Assembly (NCBI GenBank): GCA_051954695.1
Contig: JBQCHL010000025.1
Span: 30,852-94,851, forward strand
Direction of reading: 5' to 3'
DNA: 64,000 nucleotides
From: Chitinophagaceae bacterium
GTDB taxonomy: Bacteria > Bacteroidota > Bacteroidia > Chitinophagales > Chitinophagaceae
A program made the translations under genes and the position numbers. Of the stretch, positions 15,583-24,947 are shown in pieces (the first letter of the stretch is position 1; each line of letters starts with the position of its first letter). The notes under the pieces are model-generated. The model was given only the letters and a program-made list of their open reading frames with translations. It was not told the DNA's origin and ran no database searches.

Positions 15583-17190
15583 ATGCATGATTCCTTCAGT
15601 GTTTATATTCTCATGCTGCTCATTATCCTGTTCCTGGTAATGCTGGCTCAGCGCCTGAAAATTTCTTACCCTATCGTATTAGTGCTTGGTGGATTGGCAT
15701 TGAGTTTTTCTCCCTGGTTGCCGGAGATCAAGATCGATCCTGAAATGATCTTTATCATCTTCCTGCCGCCTTTGTTATATGAAGCTGCCTGGCAAACTTC
15801 CTGGAAAGAACTCTGGAAATGGCGGCGCGTTGTTTCCAGTTTTGCCTTCCTGATCGTGATCCTTACTTCCGGTGTGATCGCTATCGTATCCAGCAATCTT
15901 ATTCCAGGTTTCACCCTGGCTCTTGGTTTTCTTCTTGGCGGTATCATTTCCCCTCCTGATGCTGTGTCTGCCACCTCGATCTTAAAAGGTATAAAAGTTC
16001 CCAAACGGCTTATCTCCATTGTTGAAGGAGAGAGCCTGCTGAATGATGCTTCCAGCTTGATCGTATTCCGATTTGCCATCCAGGCTGTGGATTCGGGTGA
16101 ATTCGTTTTCCGGGATGCAGCTATCAGTTTTTTTATAGTGATCATCATGGGTATTCTCACCGGCATTGCTATTGCCCTTGTATTCTATGCAATTCACCGC
16201 TGGCTGCCTACTACCGTTAACATTAATATCCTTCTCACCTTCATTGCTCCCTATGTTATGTATATCGTTGCAGAGCAATTGCATTTCTCGGGTGTGCTGG
16301 CTGTAGTAAGCGGTGGCCTCTTTCTTTCCCATCGCAGCCACCTGATATTCGATCATCGCAGCCGTATGCGGGGAGAAAATGTTTGGTCTACCATTGGCTT
16401 TGCTTTGAATGGTATCGTGTTCATGCTGATCGGGCTGGAACTTCCAGTCATCGTCGGCCAATTGGGTGATACCAGTTTATATGATGCTATCCGCTACGGT
16501 CTTATCATTACTGTAGTATTGATCATAGTGCGGCTTCTTTCAACGCTCGGAGCTTCACTCTTCACCCGTCTTATCAGCAATGTGATCACTACTGCTGAAA
16601 GAAATCCTGGCTGGCGCGGCCCACTGGTCTTTGGGTGGGCAGGTATGCGCGGGGTGGTATCACTGGCAGCAGCATTGTCCGTTCCTATCTATATGACCAA
16701 TGGTGCTGAGTTCCCACAGCGAAATCTGATCCTGTTCATTACTTTCATCGTTATCCTTGTTACACTCGTATTCCAGGGACTCACATTACCCTGGGTCGTA
16801 AAGTGGGTGAACATAGAAGACCCTGATGATAAAACATCAAAAAGCCAGGAAACGATCATTCAGAAAAAACTGTCCATGGCCGCATTAAAAGTATTGAATG
16901 ATAAATACCCTGATATCGCAAACAAACATGAGATACTGCAAAATCTAAAAGCGAAGCATGTCAGCCATCTGAAACTATCTGAAAATAAACTGGCCGGAGT
17001 GCATGATACTTTTTTAGATGGTGATGAGTTCCGGAACGTGATGGCAGAATTGATCAGCGAGCAAAGGGCCATTCTTCAGCAACTCAACAGGAAACAGGAA
17101 GTGGATGAAGCACTTATCCGGAAATACAACGGTCTGCTCGATTTGGAAGAAGAAAATTACAGTCTTCGTTTCAACAGTGAATCAGAATAA
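15583..17190 (+). CDS. Na+/H+ antiporter, CPA1 family
   Basis: IFLPPLLYEAA, ISPPDAV, VEGESLLNDASSL, GMRGVVSLAAAL. Confidence 0.93.
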   Translation: MHDSFSVYILMLLIILFLVMLAQRLKISYPIVLVLGGLALSFSPWLPEIKIDPEMIFIIFLPPLLYEAAWQTSWKELWKWRRVVSSFAFLIVILTSGVIAIVSSNLIPGFTLALGFLLGGIISPPDAVSATSILKGIKVPKRLISIVEGESLLNDASSLIVFRFAIQAVDSGEFVFRDAAISFFIVIIMGILTGIAIALVFYAIHRWLPTTVNINILLTFIAPYVMYIVAEQLHFSGVLAVVSGGLFLSHRSHLIFDHRSRMRGENVWSTIGFALNGIVFMLIGLELPVIVGQLGDTSLYDAIRYGLIITVVLIIVRLLSTLGASLFTRLISNVITTAERNPGWRGPLVFGWAGMRGVVSLAAALSVPIYMTNGAEFPQRNLILFITFIVILVTLVFQGLTLPWVVKWVNIEDPDDKTSKSQETIIQKKLSMAALKVLNDKYPDIANKHEILQNLKAKHVSHLKLSENKLAGVHDTFLDGDEFRNVMAELISEQRAILQQLNRKQEVDEALIRKYNGLLDLEEENYSLRFNSESE

Positions 17191-17191
17191 A

Positions 17192-18109
17192 TTAAACAGA
17201 TCTGAAGACTGAAGGAGCCATGCTGGTCTGCTTCTTGAAAAAATTATTGAAGTGTGCCGGTTCTTCAAATCCCAGGCAATATGCAATCTCAGAGATATTC
17301 CAGTTGGTATGGCGAAGCAAGGCTTTAGCTTCTCCTATCAACCGTTCCGCAATATGCTCTGTAGTTGTCTTTCCCGTTGTTTCCCTGATAGCACGGTTAA
17401 GGTGATTAACATGCACAGACAGTTGTTTTGCAAAATCACTGGCTGATCGCAATGTAAACTGTTGCGATGGCGACTCTATCGGAAACTGTCTTTCCAGCAA
17501 CTCTGTAAATACTGCTGTGATCCGCGTATTCGCATTAGGATGCTGATACAATGTTTGAGAAGGTTGCATTTTAAGAGCATGGTGTATCAGCTCTGTAAGA
17601 TAATTCCTCAACAGGTCAAACTTGAATGTATAATCAGAGTTGATCTCGTCCAGCATTTTTTCATAGATCACACTGATGGCTTTATCCTGCGCTTTAGTAA
17701 GTGAATAGGCTGGCTTGCCGCCCGGTGAAAACATCGGCAGTTCAGATAGACTGCGCCGCATTCCCATATCAAAAAAAGCTTCCCTGAAAATGCAGAAGTA
17801 ACCGGTATAATCATCTGAAAGTCGCTCCAGCGTATAAGGCACTACCGGGTTAAAGAATATCAGGGTAGACCCGGAGATCTCGATACTTTTATCCGCATAA
17901 TGAAAAATGGTCCGGCCTCTTGACAGGCTTATCTTATAAAAATCACGCCTTGCATATTTCGGAGGGGAATTATGCTTTATCACTTCCTCGGTCCGGAAAA
18001 CATTAAAATGGCCTATATCCCGCTGAAGGCTATCCGGCAACCATTCACATTTCTGTTTATAAAAATCTTCTAATGTTTCCGCTTTTGTCATTAGGATAAA
18101 TTTAATCAA
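17192..18109 (-). CDS. AraC family transcriptional regulator
   Basis: RRDFYKISL N-terminus; FAKQLSVHVNHLNRAIRETTGKT; NISEIAYCLGFEEPAHFNNFFKK. Confidence 0.93.
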   Translation of the reverse strand: MIKFILMTKAETLEDFYKQKCEWLPDSLQRDIGHFNVFRTEEVIKHNSPPKYARRDFYKISLSRGRTIFHYADKSIEISGSTLIFFNPVVPYTLERLSDDYTGYFCIFREAFFDMGMRRSLSELPMFSPGGKPAYSLTKAQDKAISVIYEKMLDEINSDYTFKFDLLRNYLTELIHHALKMQPSQTLYQHPNANTRITAVFTELLERQFPIESPSQQFTLRSASDFAKQLSVHVNHLNRAIRETTGKTTTEHIAERLIGEAKALLRHTNWNISEIAYCLGFEEPAHFNNFFKKQTSMAPSVFRSV

Positions 18110-18357
18110 TAATCATTTTCCTGTTTGTAAAAGATAAACCCGCCGTGATACAACACTCCATTCCGGAAATTGCCACCAGCCGTAAAGCCGGTATCATCGA
18201 TGTATTCAATATGGGTTCCTTTAATTACGTAACTGCCTGTATAAGCACTCTTCCGTTGGCCGCGGGCTTCATCATACCGGCCGTTCGGTAATAATTCCTG
18301 GCGTATATATCCATCGCGCGTCGCCCACATTCCTGTGAAAGAAGTGTTGTCTTCCAT
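18106..18357 (-). CDS. Atu4866 domain-containing protein
   Basis: GMWATRDGYIRQELLPNGRYDEARG..SAYTG.Y...YIDDTGFTA; ATG 18357 preferred over GTG 18372. Confidence 0.88.
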   Translation of the reverse strand: MEDNTSFTGMWATRDGYIRQELLPNGRYDEARGQRKSAYTGSYVIKGTHIEYIDDTGFTAGGNFRNGVLYHGGFIFYKQENDY

Positions 18358-18373
18358 TGTTAATAATTTCACA

Positions 18374-18440
18374 CAAAGCTAAACCAGGTCTCAGGAGGAA
18401 AACTTACAGGAATCAAAGGGAAAGTTACAAAATTCAAACA
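18374..18440 (-). promoter_or_regulatory. Atu4866/AraC operon promoter: -7 box TAGCTTTG plus 21-bp-spaced direct repeats
   Basis: CTTACAGGAATCAAA (18403) / GTTACAAAATTCAAA (18424); same spacing as 15426-15492. Confidence 0.65.
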
Positions 18441-18463
18441 AGGTAGGTACTGGGCTAGATATC

Positions 18464-18561
18464 TGTCGGGGCGTAGACCAAGAACGCCACGATTTCGCAA
18501 AGGACGCTACGTTGCGCACTCGGCGTACTGTGGCGTTCTTGGCGATACTCTACGCCTGACA
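18464..18561. repeat. REP-like long inverted repeat
   Basis: CCAAGAACGCCAC (18478-18490) / GTGGCGTTCTTGG (18530-18542) plus outer TGTC..GGCGTAGA / TCTACGCC..GACA. Confidence 0.7.
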
Positions 18562-18590
18562 ATTTTAATCCGTTGGGAACAATCCTATTA

Positions 18591-19172
18591 TCAATAATAT
18601 GGACTGATCATAAGATAAACGACCACGCCAGTTACAGCCACATACAACCAAACCGGCCAGGTGATCTTCGCCAGTTTGCGGTGCCCGGGCCATTCGCCGA
18701 TCAGCGCCCTGTAAGCAGTAAACAGAATAAAAGGAAGGATAATGCCCGCCAACGGGATATGCGTAGCCAGAATGATATAATAAACCCATCTCAATGAACC
18801 AACACCCGCCGCTTCGTCATCACTCAACACACCATTATGATCAATATCACCAAACTTTGTTTCACCGGCAAACAGATGATGACAGATATAGCTTACCAGG
18901 AAGAGTATCGACAATATCATCGCTGTCATCATTATACTCTTATGTGTCAGGTATTGTTTTCTTTTAACAGCCGCTAATGCCGCTATCAGCAATATTGCCA
19001 CAAGCGAATTGATCACTGCGTTGGCCTTGGCAAAAAGATGTACATCAAAGCCCAGATCAACTTTTAGGTGAACACGGCTCAATAATACTACCGCAGCAAA
19101 AACAATAAACGAAAAAGCGATGATCAGTACAGATGCTTTCTTGTCATTCCTTTTCCAGGCCGGAGCTAACAT
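18591..19172 (-). CDS. DUF420 membrane protein (cytochrome oxidase-associated)
   Basis: NAVINS, HKSIM, FLVSYICHH, ILATHI, HRKLAKITWPVWLYVAVTGVVVY; position in cox operon. Confidence 0.9.
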   Translation of the reverse strand: MLAPAWKRNDKKASVLIIAFSFIVFAAVVLLSRVHLKVDLGFDVHLFAKANAVINSLVAILLIAALAAVKRKQYLTHKSIMMTAMILSILFLVSYICHHLFAGETKFGDIDHNGVLSDDEAAGVGSLRWVYYIILATHIPLAGIILPFILFTAYRALIGEWPGHRKLAKITWPVWLYVAVTGVVVYLMISPYY

Positions 19173-19971
19173 CTTTTTTCCTTTTTTGAATGAAGAATAT
19201 CAATAATCCCACGCCGATAATTGCTGCTATAAAAGCCACTCCCATGATCTCCAGCTTCCCAGCCAAAAAACTTTTGCGCCTGGGATCTTTTTCCATGCTG
19301 AGAAAAATAATATCACTTGATAACCGTGCAAGATCAGCACTGTCAAGCCCATGATAATAACCGCGTACATGACGGTTGGTATCTATAAGCACAAAATAAT
19401 CGGAATGTACAAAGTCAGTATCTATGCCGTGCCCATCAATAGTGCCGAGCTTCATTTCCTGGATCGCCATGTTATAGATCGTGTTCCGGTCGCCCGACAA
19501 CAACCACCATTGTTCGGGGTTGATCTGGAACCGGTCGGCCCATTGTTTCAATCTTTCTACTGAATCCCTTTCAGGATCTATGCTAAAAGAAAGGAAATGA
19601 AGAAAGTCGGGTGTTTTATCTCCTACCCGTTGAGCATTCGTAATGGATTGTTGCACCCATTTCATATTGCGGGTCATTGGAGGGCAAATGGTGGGGCAAT
19701 GGGTGAAAAAGAAATCAGCCACAACGATTTTGCCTTTGAGCTTTTCCCAGCTTATTGAATCGCCTTCCTGGTTTACAAGTGCGAAATCTGCAAGCCGGTG
19801 CCAAACCGTATCAGTCATTTCCTTTCCCCTTTCTGTGCGGGTAATAACAGAATCGGCATAATAATGCCTGGGCATGGCAATGGCGGATTCACTAAAGCCT
19901 TTGACCACGAAATAACAAACCAGCGGTAGAAGCGCCGCCAGCAGGATGGCATATAGAGCAGTTTTATTCAA
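19144..19971 (-). CDS. SCO family copper chaperone
   Basis: FFFTHCPTICP (CxxxC), FSIDPERD, VHSD His ligand; extra C-terminal TM helix. Confidence 0.92.
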   Translation of the reverse strand: MNKTALYAILLAALLPLVCYFVVKGFSESAIAMPRHYYADSVITRTERGKEMTDTVWHRLADFALVNQEGDSISWEKLKGKIVVADFFFTHCPTICPPMTRNMKWVQQSITNAQRVGDKTPDFLHFLSFSIDPERDSVERLKQWADRFQINPEQWWLLSGDRNTIYNMAIQEMKLGTIDGHGIDTDFVHSDYFVLIDTNRHVRGYYHGLDSADLARLSSDIIFLSMEKDPRRKSFLAGKLEIMGVAFIAAIIGVGLLIFFIQKRKKDVSSGLEKE

Positions 19972-20094
19972 ATCACTTCATTTTTAATTGCCGGCTACAG
20001 AAGCCGGACCGGCCTGCGCGCGAAATTATTCCATTTTAAGCCTCGCAGGCAAGAATGATACGGTAATATTTCTGTAAAACATGCTGATATAAAA

Positions 20095-20126
20095 AATCAC
20101 CGGCCTAACAATATAAGCCGGTGATT
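20095..20126 (-). terminator. Terminator after cytochrome c oxidase subunit IV
   Basis: AATCACCGGC / GCCGGTGATT stem followed by T-run on minus strand. Confidence 0.65.
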
Positions 20127-20150
20127 CAACATGATAAATAAACCTATACG

Positions 20151-20606
20151 TTATTGTTTTCCCGGCTTGGGCTCTTCCACTTTCTTTTCTTCTACGTGGT
20201 GTACTGGAGTAGTTGTTTCCTGGAAATGTTTATCATAGGTATTTCTCAGGTTCTTATAAGAATTACCATCAATGATAAAAGCTAAAATAAACCAGATAAA
20301 CAACATCAGGGGAACCACAATAGTCATGATCATATTACGGATCTCATCACCCAGGTGCATGAACACTGATACAATGTAATATGCTTTTGCAAGGGTAAGA
20401 ATACATACCACGCCTTTAAAAGCCAGTACCAGGTAAGCATTAGGATCAGGGCCTTTATGGATAGTATAGATAATAAGACCGATTGCCAACTCTATTACTG
20501 TGATCACAGAAAGCAGGATCGTTGTTCTCTTCACCCTTTTGCTGAACTCTGTATCAGACACATGGTGCTGGAAGGTTATCTCTGAAGATGCTGATTGATG
20601 TTCCAT
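20151..20606 (-). CDS. Cytochrome c oxidase subunit IV family protein
   Basis: LLSVITVIE, LTLAKAYYIVSVFMHL; operon context. Confidence 0.88.
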   Translation of the reverse strand: MEHQSASSEITFQHHVSDTEFSKRVKRTTILLSVITVIELAIGLIIYTIHKGPDPNAYLVLAFKGVVCILTLAKAYYIVSVFMHLGDEIRNMIMTIVVPLMLFIWFILAFIIDGNSYKNLRNTYDKHFQETTTPVHHVEEKKVEEPKPGKQ

Positions 20607-20646
20607 CTCGTTCAATTCGTTTATTGTAAAATAAGTTTAAAGCTGT

Positions 20647-21522
20647 TTAGATCAGGTAGAAGCAAAGGAATACGAATACCCATACCAGGTCTACAAAGTG
20701 CCAGTACAAACCAGCTTTTTCAATCATCAGGTAATGACCTCTGCGTTCGAATACTCCTTTCTGCGTCATGATCAGCATGATAATATTGATCACTACACCA
20801 GAGAATACGTGGAAACCGTGGAAACCGGTAATTCCGTAGAAATATCCACCGAAAGCAACAGGTCCGTTTTGACGCACATGCAGTTCAGCTGTATTGATCA
20901 TGCCTGTCAGTTGATCTTTTGGAAGACCCAGCAGTTGTGCTTCCGTCATGGTATTGCCATGCTGTTCATGCACGATCCTTGCCAGTGATTCAACTGTTGA
21001 ATTATTCAGCGCTGTAGTCAGTGCTTCACCATGTACCAGTTGACCCCATGGGTTTACCCTGGTGGTTTGTCCTACCCATTCAATTTTCCCATCGATCAGG
21101 GTAGCGTGAGCACCGGTGATCAGGTGATGCCATTCCCATGCCTGACAGCTAAGGAAGGCGATACCACCAACGATAGTCCAGGCCAGCCATTTTATTACTC
21201 CTTTTTTATCACCATTATGTCCTGCATGCACCGCCAGCACCATTGTTACGGAACTGATGATCAGGATAAAGGTCATTACGCTTACAAAAGCAAGAGGCAG
21301 ATTGGCATGTCCTGCTCCGGGGAATGCATTGAACACCGCGTTTGGATCAGGCCAGAAGTTTTGGCTGAAACGGATAGTGCCATAAGAGATCAGAAAAGCC
21401 CCGAAAGTGAAAGCATCACTCATCAGGAAATACCACATCATCAACTTCCCGTACTCTATGTTGAAGGGGCTCTTTCCACCGCTCCACCATTTTGTCTGCT
21501 GCGCTGTAGCTGTTGTCGCCAT
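20647..21522 (-). CDS. ctaE: Cytochrome c oxidase subunit III (second copy, with insertion)
   Basis: MWYFLMSDAFTF, ITGFHGFHV, GLYWHFVDLVWVFVF. Confidence 0.9.
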   Translation of the reverse strand: MATTATAQQTKWWSGGKSPFNIEYGKLMMWYFLMSDAFTFGAFLISYGTIRFSQNFWPDPNAVFNAFPGAGHANLPLAFVSVMTFILIISSVTMVLAVHAGHNGDKKGVIKWLAWTIVGGIAFLSCQAWEWHHLITGAHATLIDGKIEWVGQTTRVNPWGQLVHGEALTTALNNSTVESLARIVHEQHGNTMTEAQLLGLPKDQLTGMINTAELHVRQNGPVAFGGYFYGITGFHGFHVFSGVVINIIMLIMTQKGVFERRGHYLMIEKAGLYWHFVDLVWVFVFLCFYLI

Positions 21523-21567
21523 GTCAGTTATTTCTATTTATAAATTCCAATTATCAAAAGGCTTCTA

Positions 21568-22137
21568 TTAACCGATGATCAGGAAGAACACCAGCAAATA
21601 GATCCATAAAATATCTACAAAATGCCAGTACGTTGCCACTACTTCTACCGGCACTGCACTATACAATTTGATCTTTCCGAAAAACGCTTTGATAAGCATT
21701 ACCAGTAACGCAATGATACCGCCTAATACGTGCAAAGCATGCAATCCGAAAATGATGTATAAGAACTGTCCTGCACCTGCTGACCCAGTGAAATGTACTC
21801 CCTGGTCCCACAGGCCTTTAAAACCGATCCATTGCAACACCACGAAAACACATCCCAGCACAAAAGTCAATCCCATCAGCATACGGTACTGGTTCATTTC
21901 CCTCTGGCGAAAAGCTCTGAGGGCCATTTGCAACGTGAGACTGCTCACCAGTATCACAGCCGTTGACACCCAGAATATCTTCGGTATTGCGATATTGCTC
22001 CAGCCTACCAGGTTGCTTTTAACAATAAAGGCACTGGTAAGGCCTGCAAACATCATCAATATGCTGGCAATCGCCACCCACAAGGTAAACTTGTGGGGAT
22101 GTAATTTCTTTTTTGGTTGATTCATCACTGTTTCCAT
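21568..22137 (-). CDS. Cytochrome c oxidase subunit III family (first copy)
   Basis: LWVAIASILMMFAGLTSA, GLHALHV, TYWHFVDILW. Confidence 0.9.
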   Translation of the reverse strand: METVMNQPKKKLHPHKFTLWVAIASILMMFAGLTSAFIVKSNLVGWSNIAIPKIFWVSTAVILVSSLTLQMALRAFRQREMNQYRMLMGLTFVLGCVFVVLQWIGFKGLWDQGVHFTGSAGAGQFLYIIFGLHALHVLGGIIALLVMLIKAFFGKIKLYSAVPVEVVATYWHFVDILWIYLLVFFLIIG

Positions 22138-22155
22138 CTCACTTTAATTATAATA

Positions 22156-23034
22156 TTATGCTTTACTCATTAATAAGGCCAGCAATACCACTGGCAGGTA
22201 TAAATAACTTCCAAACATCACTTTCCTTGCTGAGCTTACGTCCATTTTTGCATACAGCGTAGTAGAACGCGTCAGCATAAAAATATTCGCCAATACAATC
22301 AACCCTATGCTTACCATCCCTACCACATCGCTATAATTACAGATACCGATGAAATAAGGCATCACAGTTACAGGAAACAACAGCAATGAGTAGATCACCG
22401 TTTGCAATGCTGTAAATTTTGTCGGCCCTTTTTCTGCCGGCAATAATTTAAAGCCTGCTGTGCTGTAGTCTGAGTGCGCAATCCAGGCAATGGCCCAGAA
22501 ATGCGGGAACTGCCAGAGGAATTGTATCCCAAACAATACCCAGCCCCCCAGCGACAAACGGTCATCCCCAGCCGCCCAGCCTATCAGGCAGGGCAATGCT
22601 CCAGGAACTGCTCCCATTAACACGGCCATTGAACTTACTTTTTTCATTGGCGTGTATATAAAAGCGTAAAGGAACAAACTGAATGCTGCAAGGCCAGCCG
22701 ACAACCAATTGAAATAGTAGCCAAGAATAAAAACACCCAGTGCGCCTGTAATGATGGCAAAAGCCCATCCTTCCTGTACACTCATCCTGCCTGCAGCAAC
22801 AGGACGTTTTCCTGTTCGCTTCATCATCGCATCCGTGTCTTTTTCCACTACCTGGTTGATGGCATTGGCACTTCCTGTGACCAACATCCCACCTGCAAAG
22901 AGCAATCCTATCATCACCCATTCATACTCCACCACTTTCGGCGCCAGCAGGTAACTGATCACACTGCTGAACACTACCATTATACTGAGCGAAAGCTTAA
23001 CTAACTGTAAGTAGTCTTTTATCTTATTCATCAC
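22156..23034 (-). CDS. cyoE: Protoheme IX farnesyltransferase (heme o synthase)
   Basis: ANAINQVVEKDTDAMMKRT..RP, YAFIYTPMK, LWQFPHFWAIAW. Confidence 0.95.
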   Translation of the reverse strand: MMNKIKDYLQLVKLSLSIMVVFSSVISYLLAPKVVEYEWVMIGLLFAGGMLVTGSANAINQVVEKDTDAMMKRTGKRPVAAGRMSVQEGWAFAIITGALGVFILGYYFNWLSAGLAAFSLFLYAFIYTPMKKVSSMAVLMGAVPGALPCLIGWAAGDDRLSLGGWVLFGIQFLWQFPHFWAIAWIAHSDYSTAGFKLLPAEKGPTKFTALQTVIYSLLLFPVTVMPYFIGICNYSDVVGMVSIGLIVLANIFMLTRSTTLYAKMDVSSARKVMFGSYLYLPVVLLALLMSKA

Positions 23035-23093
23035 AGCTTTCGCAATTTAAACCCTAATAAAAACCTCTCCTGATCTCTCTCACATTTTTATTT

Positions 23094-24902
23094 CTAATGC
23101 TTGCTTTCATTTGCCCCGATCGGCTCTGTCTGCGGAATGAATTCTCTTCCGTCTTTACCATAGTCATAAGGCCAACGGTGTACTTCAGGAATTTCTCCGG
23201 TCCAGTTACCGTGACCAGGCCTGATAGGAGTTGTCCATTCCAGCGTAGTAGCACCCCAGGGGTTGGCTGTGGTAACTTTTCTTCCTTTGAATATTGAATA
23301 GAAGAAGTTGAACACAAACATCAGTTGAACAGCGAAAACAATAACTGTAACAATAGTGATCATCTGATCGAGACTGCCAAACTGGTTAAAAGAAACCCAA
23401 ATGCTCTTATCCAGATAACGGCGGGGCATACCAGCCAGACCTTCGTAGTGCATTGGCCAGAAGATCAGGTAAGCACCAACCAGTGTTACCCAGAAGTGGA
23501 AATAAGCAAGGGTATTGTTCATGTAGCGGCCAAACATTTTCGGGAACCAGTGATAGATGCCGGCAAACATACCGAACATAGATGCCACACCCATTACAAT
23601 GTGGAAGTGGGCTACCACGAACATTGTATCGTGCAGGTGAATATCAATGGTTGAGTTTCCGAGGAAGATACCTGTTAAACCACCAGAGATGAATAAGCTC
23701 ACAAAACCGATCGCAAACAGCATCGCAGGCGTGAAGCGGATATTACCCCGCCAGAGTGTCGTGAGCCAGTTGAACACCTTGATGGCCGACGGCACCGCGA
23801 TCAGCAACGTTAACAGTACGAACACCGAACCAAGGAATGGATTCAAGCCGGTAACGAACATATGGTGCGCCCAAACCAGGAAGGCCAGTATACAAATGGC
23901 GAACAGGGAACCGAGCATCGCCATATAACCGAAGATCGGCTTGCGGCTGTTGATAGATAATATTTCCGACACCATACCCATTGCAGGCAACAGGATGATA
24001 TATACTTCGGGGTGACCAAGGAACCAGAACAAGTGCTGATACAAGATCGCACTACCACCCTCATTCGGCAACACTTCCCCATTCACCACGATATCACTCA
24101 GGAAGAAGCTGGTTCCAATGTTGCGGTCAAACAACAGGAGGATAGCACCTGAAAGCAATACAGGGAAAGACAATACACCCAGAACGGCAGTGAAGAACAG
24201 CGCCCAGATAGTCAGTGGCATACGGGTCATGCTCATGCCTTTGGTACGCATGTTCAGGATAGTAGAGATATAGTTCAGACCAGCCATCAGCTGAGACACG
24301 ATAAAGAGTGCCATACCGATCAACCAGAAATCTGCACCGAGTTTTGAACCATCATTTGCCTGACCCAGAGCACTCAGAGGCGGATACATCGTCCAACCAC
24401 CACTTGCAGGGCCGGTTTGCAGGAACATTGAAGCGATCATTATCACACTGGCCAGGAAGAAGAACCAGTAGGAAAGCATGTTCAGGAACGGAGAAGCCAT
24501 ATCCCTTGCACCCACTTGCAGCGGGATGAGGAAGTTGGAGAAAGTTCCTGAAAGACCTGCCGTTAATACGAAGAACACGAGTACAGTACCGTGCATGGTC
24601 ACCAGCGCATAATAAAACTCAGGCTGGATGGTGCCGCCTTTTGCCCAATGTCCGAAGAAAGTTTCGAGAATCGGGAAAGACTGACCAGGAAAACCCAATT
24701 GCAAACGGAACAATACAGAAAACAGACCACCAATGATCGCCCATATGATACCCGTTATCAAAAACTGCTTCGCAATGGTCTTGTGGTCCATGCTGAAAAC
24801 ATACTTTGAGATAAAGGACTGGTGGTGATGTCCGTGGTCACCGTTGTGATGAACATCGTGAGACACTGCTGTGTCGTGATGTATATGCAATGCTTCGCTC
24901 AT
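23094..24902 (-). CDS. ctaD: Cytochrome c oxidase subunit I (A1-type heme-copper oxidase)
   Basis: MHGT, WFLGHPEVYI, WAHHM, HDTMFVVAHFH, GMPRRY. Confidence 0.97.
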   Translation of the reverse strand: MSEALHIHHDTAVSHDVHHNGDHGHHHQSFISKYVFSMDHKTIAKQFLITGIIWAIIGGLFSVLFRLQLGFPGQSFPILETFFGHWAKGGTIQPEFYYALVTMHGTVLVFFVLTAGLSGTFSNFLIPLQVGARDMASPFLNMLSYWFFFLASVIMIASMFLQTGPASGGWTMYPPLSALGQANDGSKLGADFWLIGMALFIVSQLMAGLNYISTILNMRTKGMSMTRMPLTIWALFFTAVLGVLSFPVLLSGAILLLFDRNIGTSFFLSDIVVNGEVLPNEGGSAILYQHLFWFLGHPEVYIILLPAMGMVSEILSINSRKPIFGYMAMLGSLFAICILAFLVWAHHMFVTGLNPFLGSVFVLLTLLIAVPSAIKVFNWLTTLWRGNIRFTPAMLFAIGFVSLFISGGLTGIFLGNSTIDIHLHDTMFVVAHFHIVMGVASMFGMFAGIYHWFPKMFGRYMNNTLAYFHFWVTLVGAYLIFWPMHYEGLAGMPRRYLDKSIWVSFNQFGSLDQMITIVTVIVFAVQLMFVFNFFYSIFKGRKVTTANPWGATTLEWTTPIRPGHGNWTGEIPEVHRWPYDYGKDGREFIPQTEPIGANESKH

Positions 24903-24947
24903 AATCTTTTATTTTATCCCGCCCTGCGGGCTATTATAGGATTCGAA

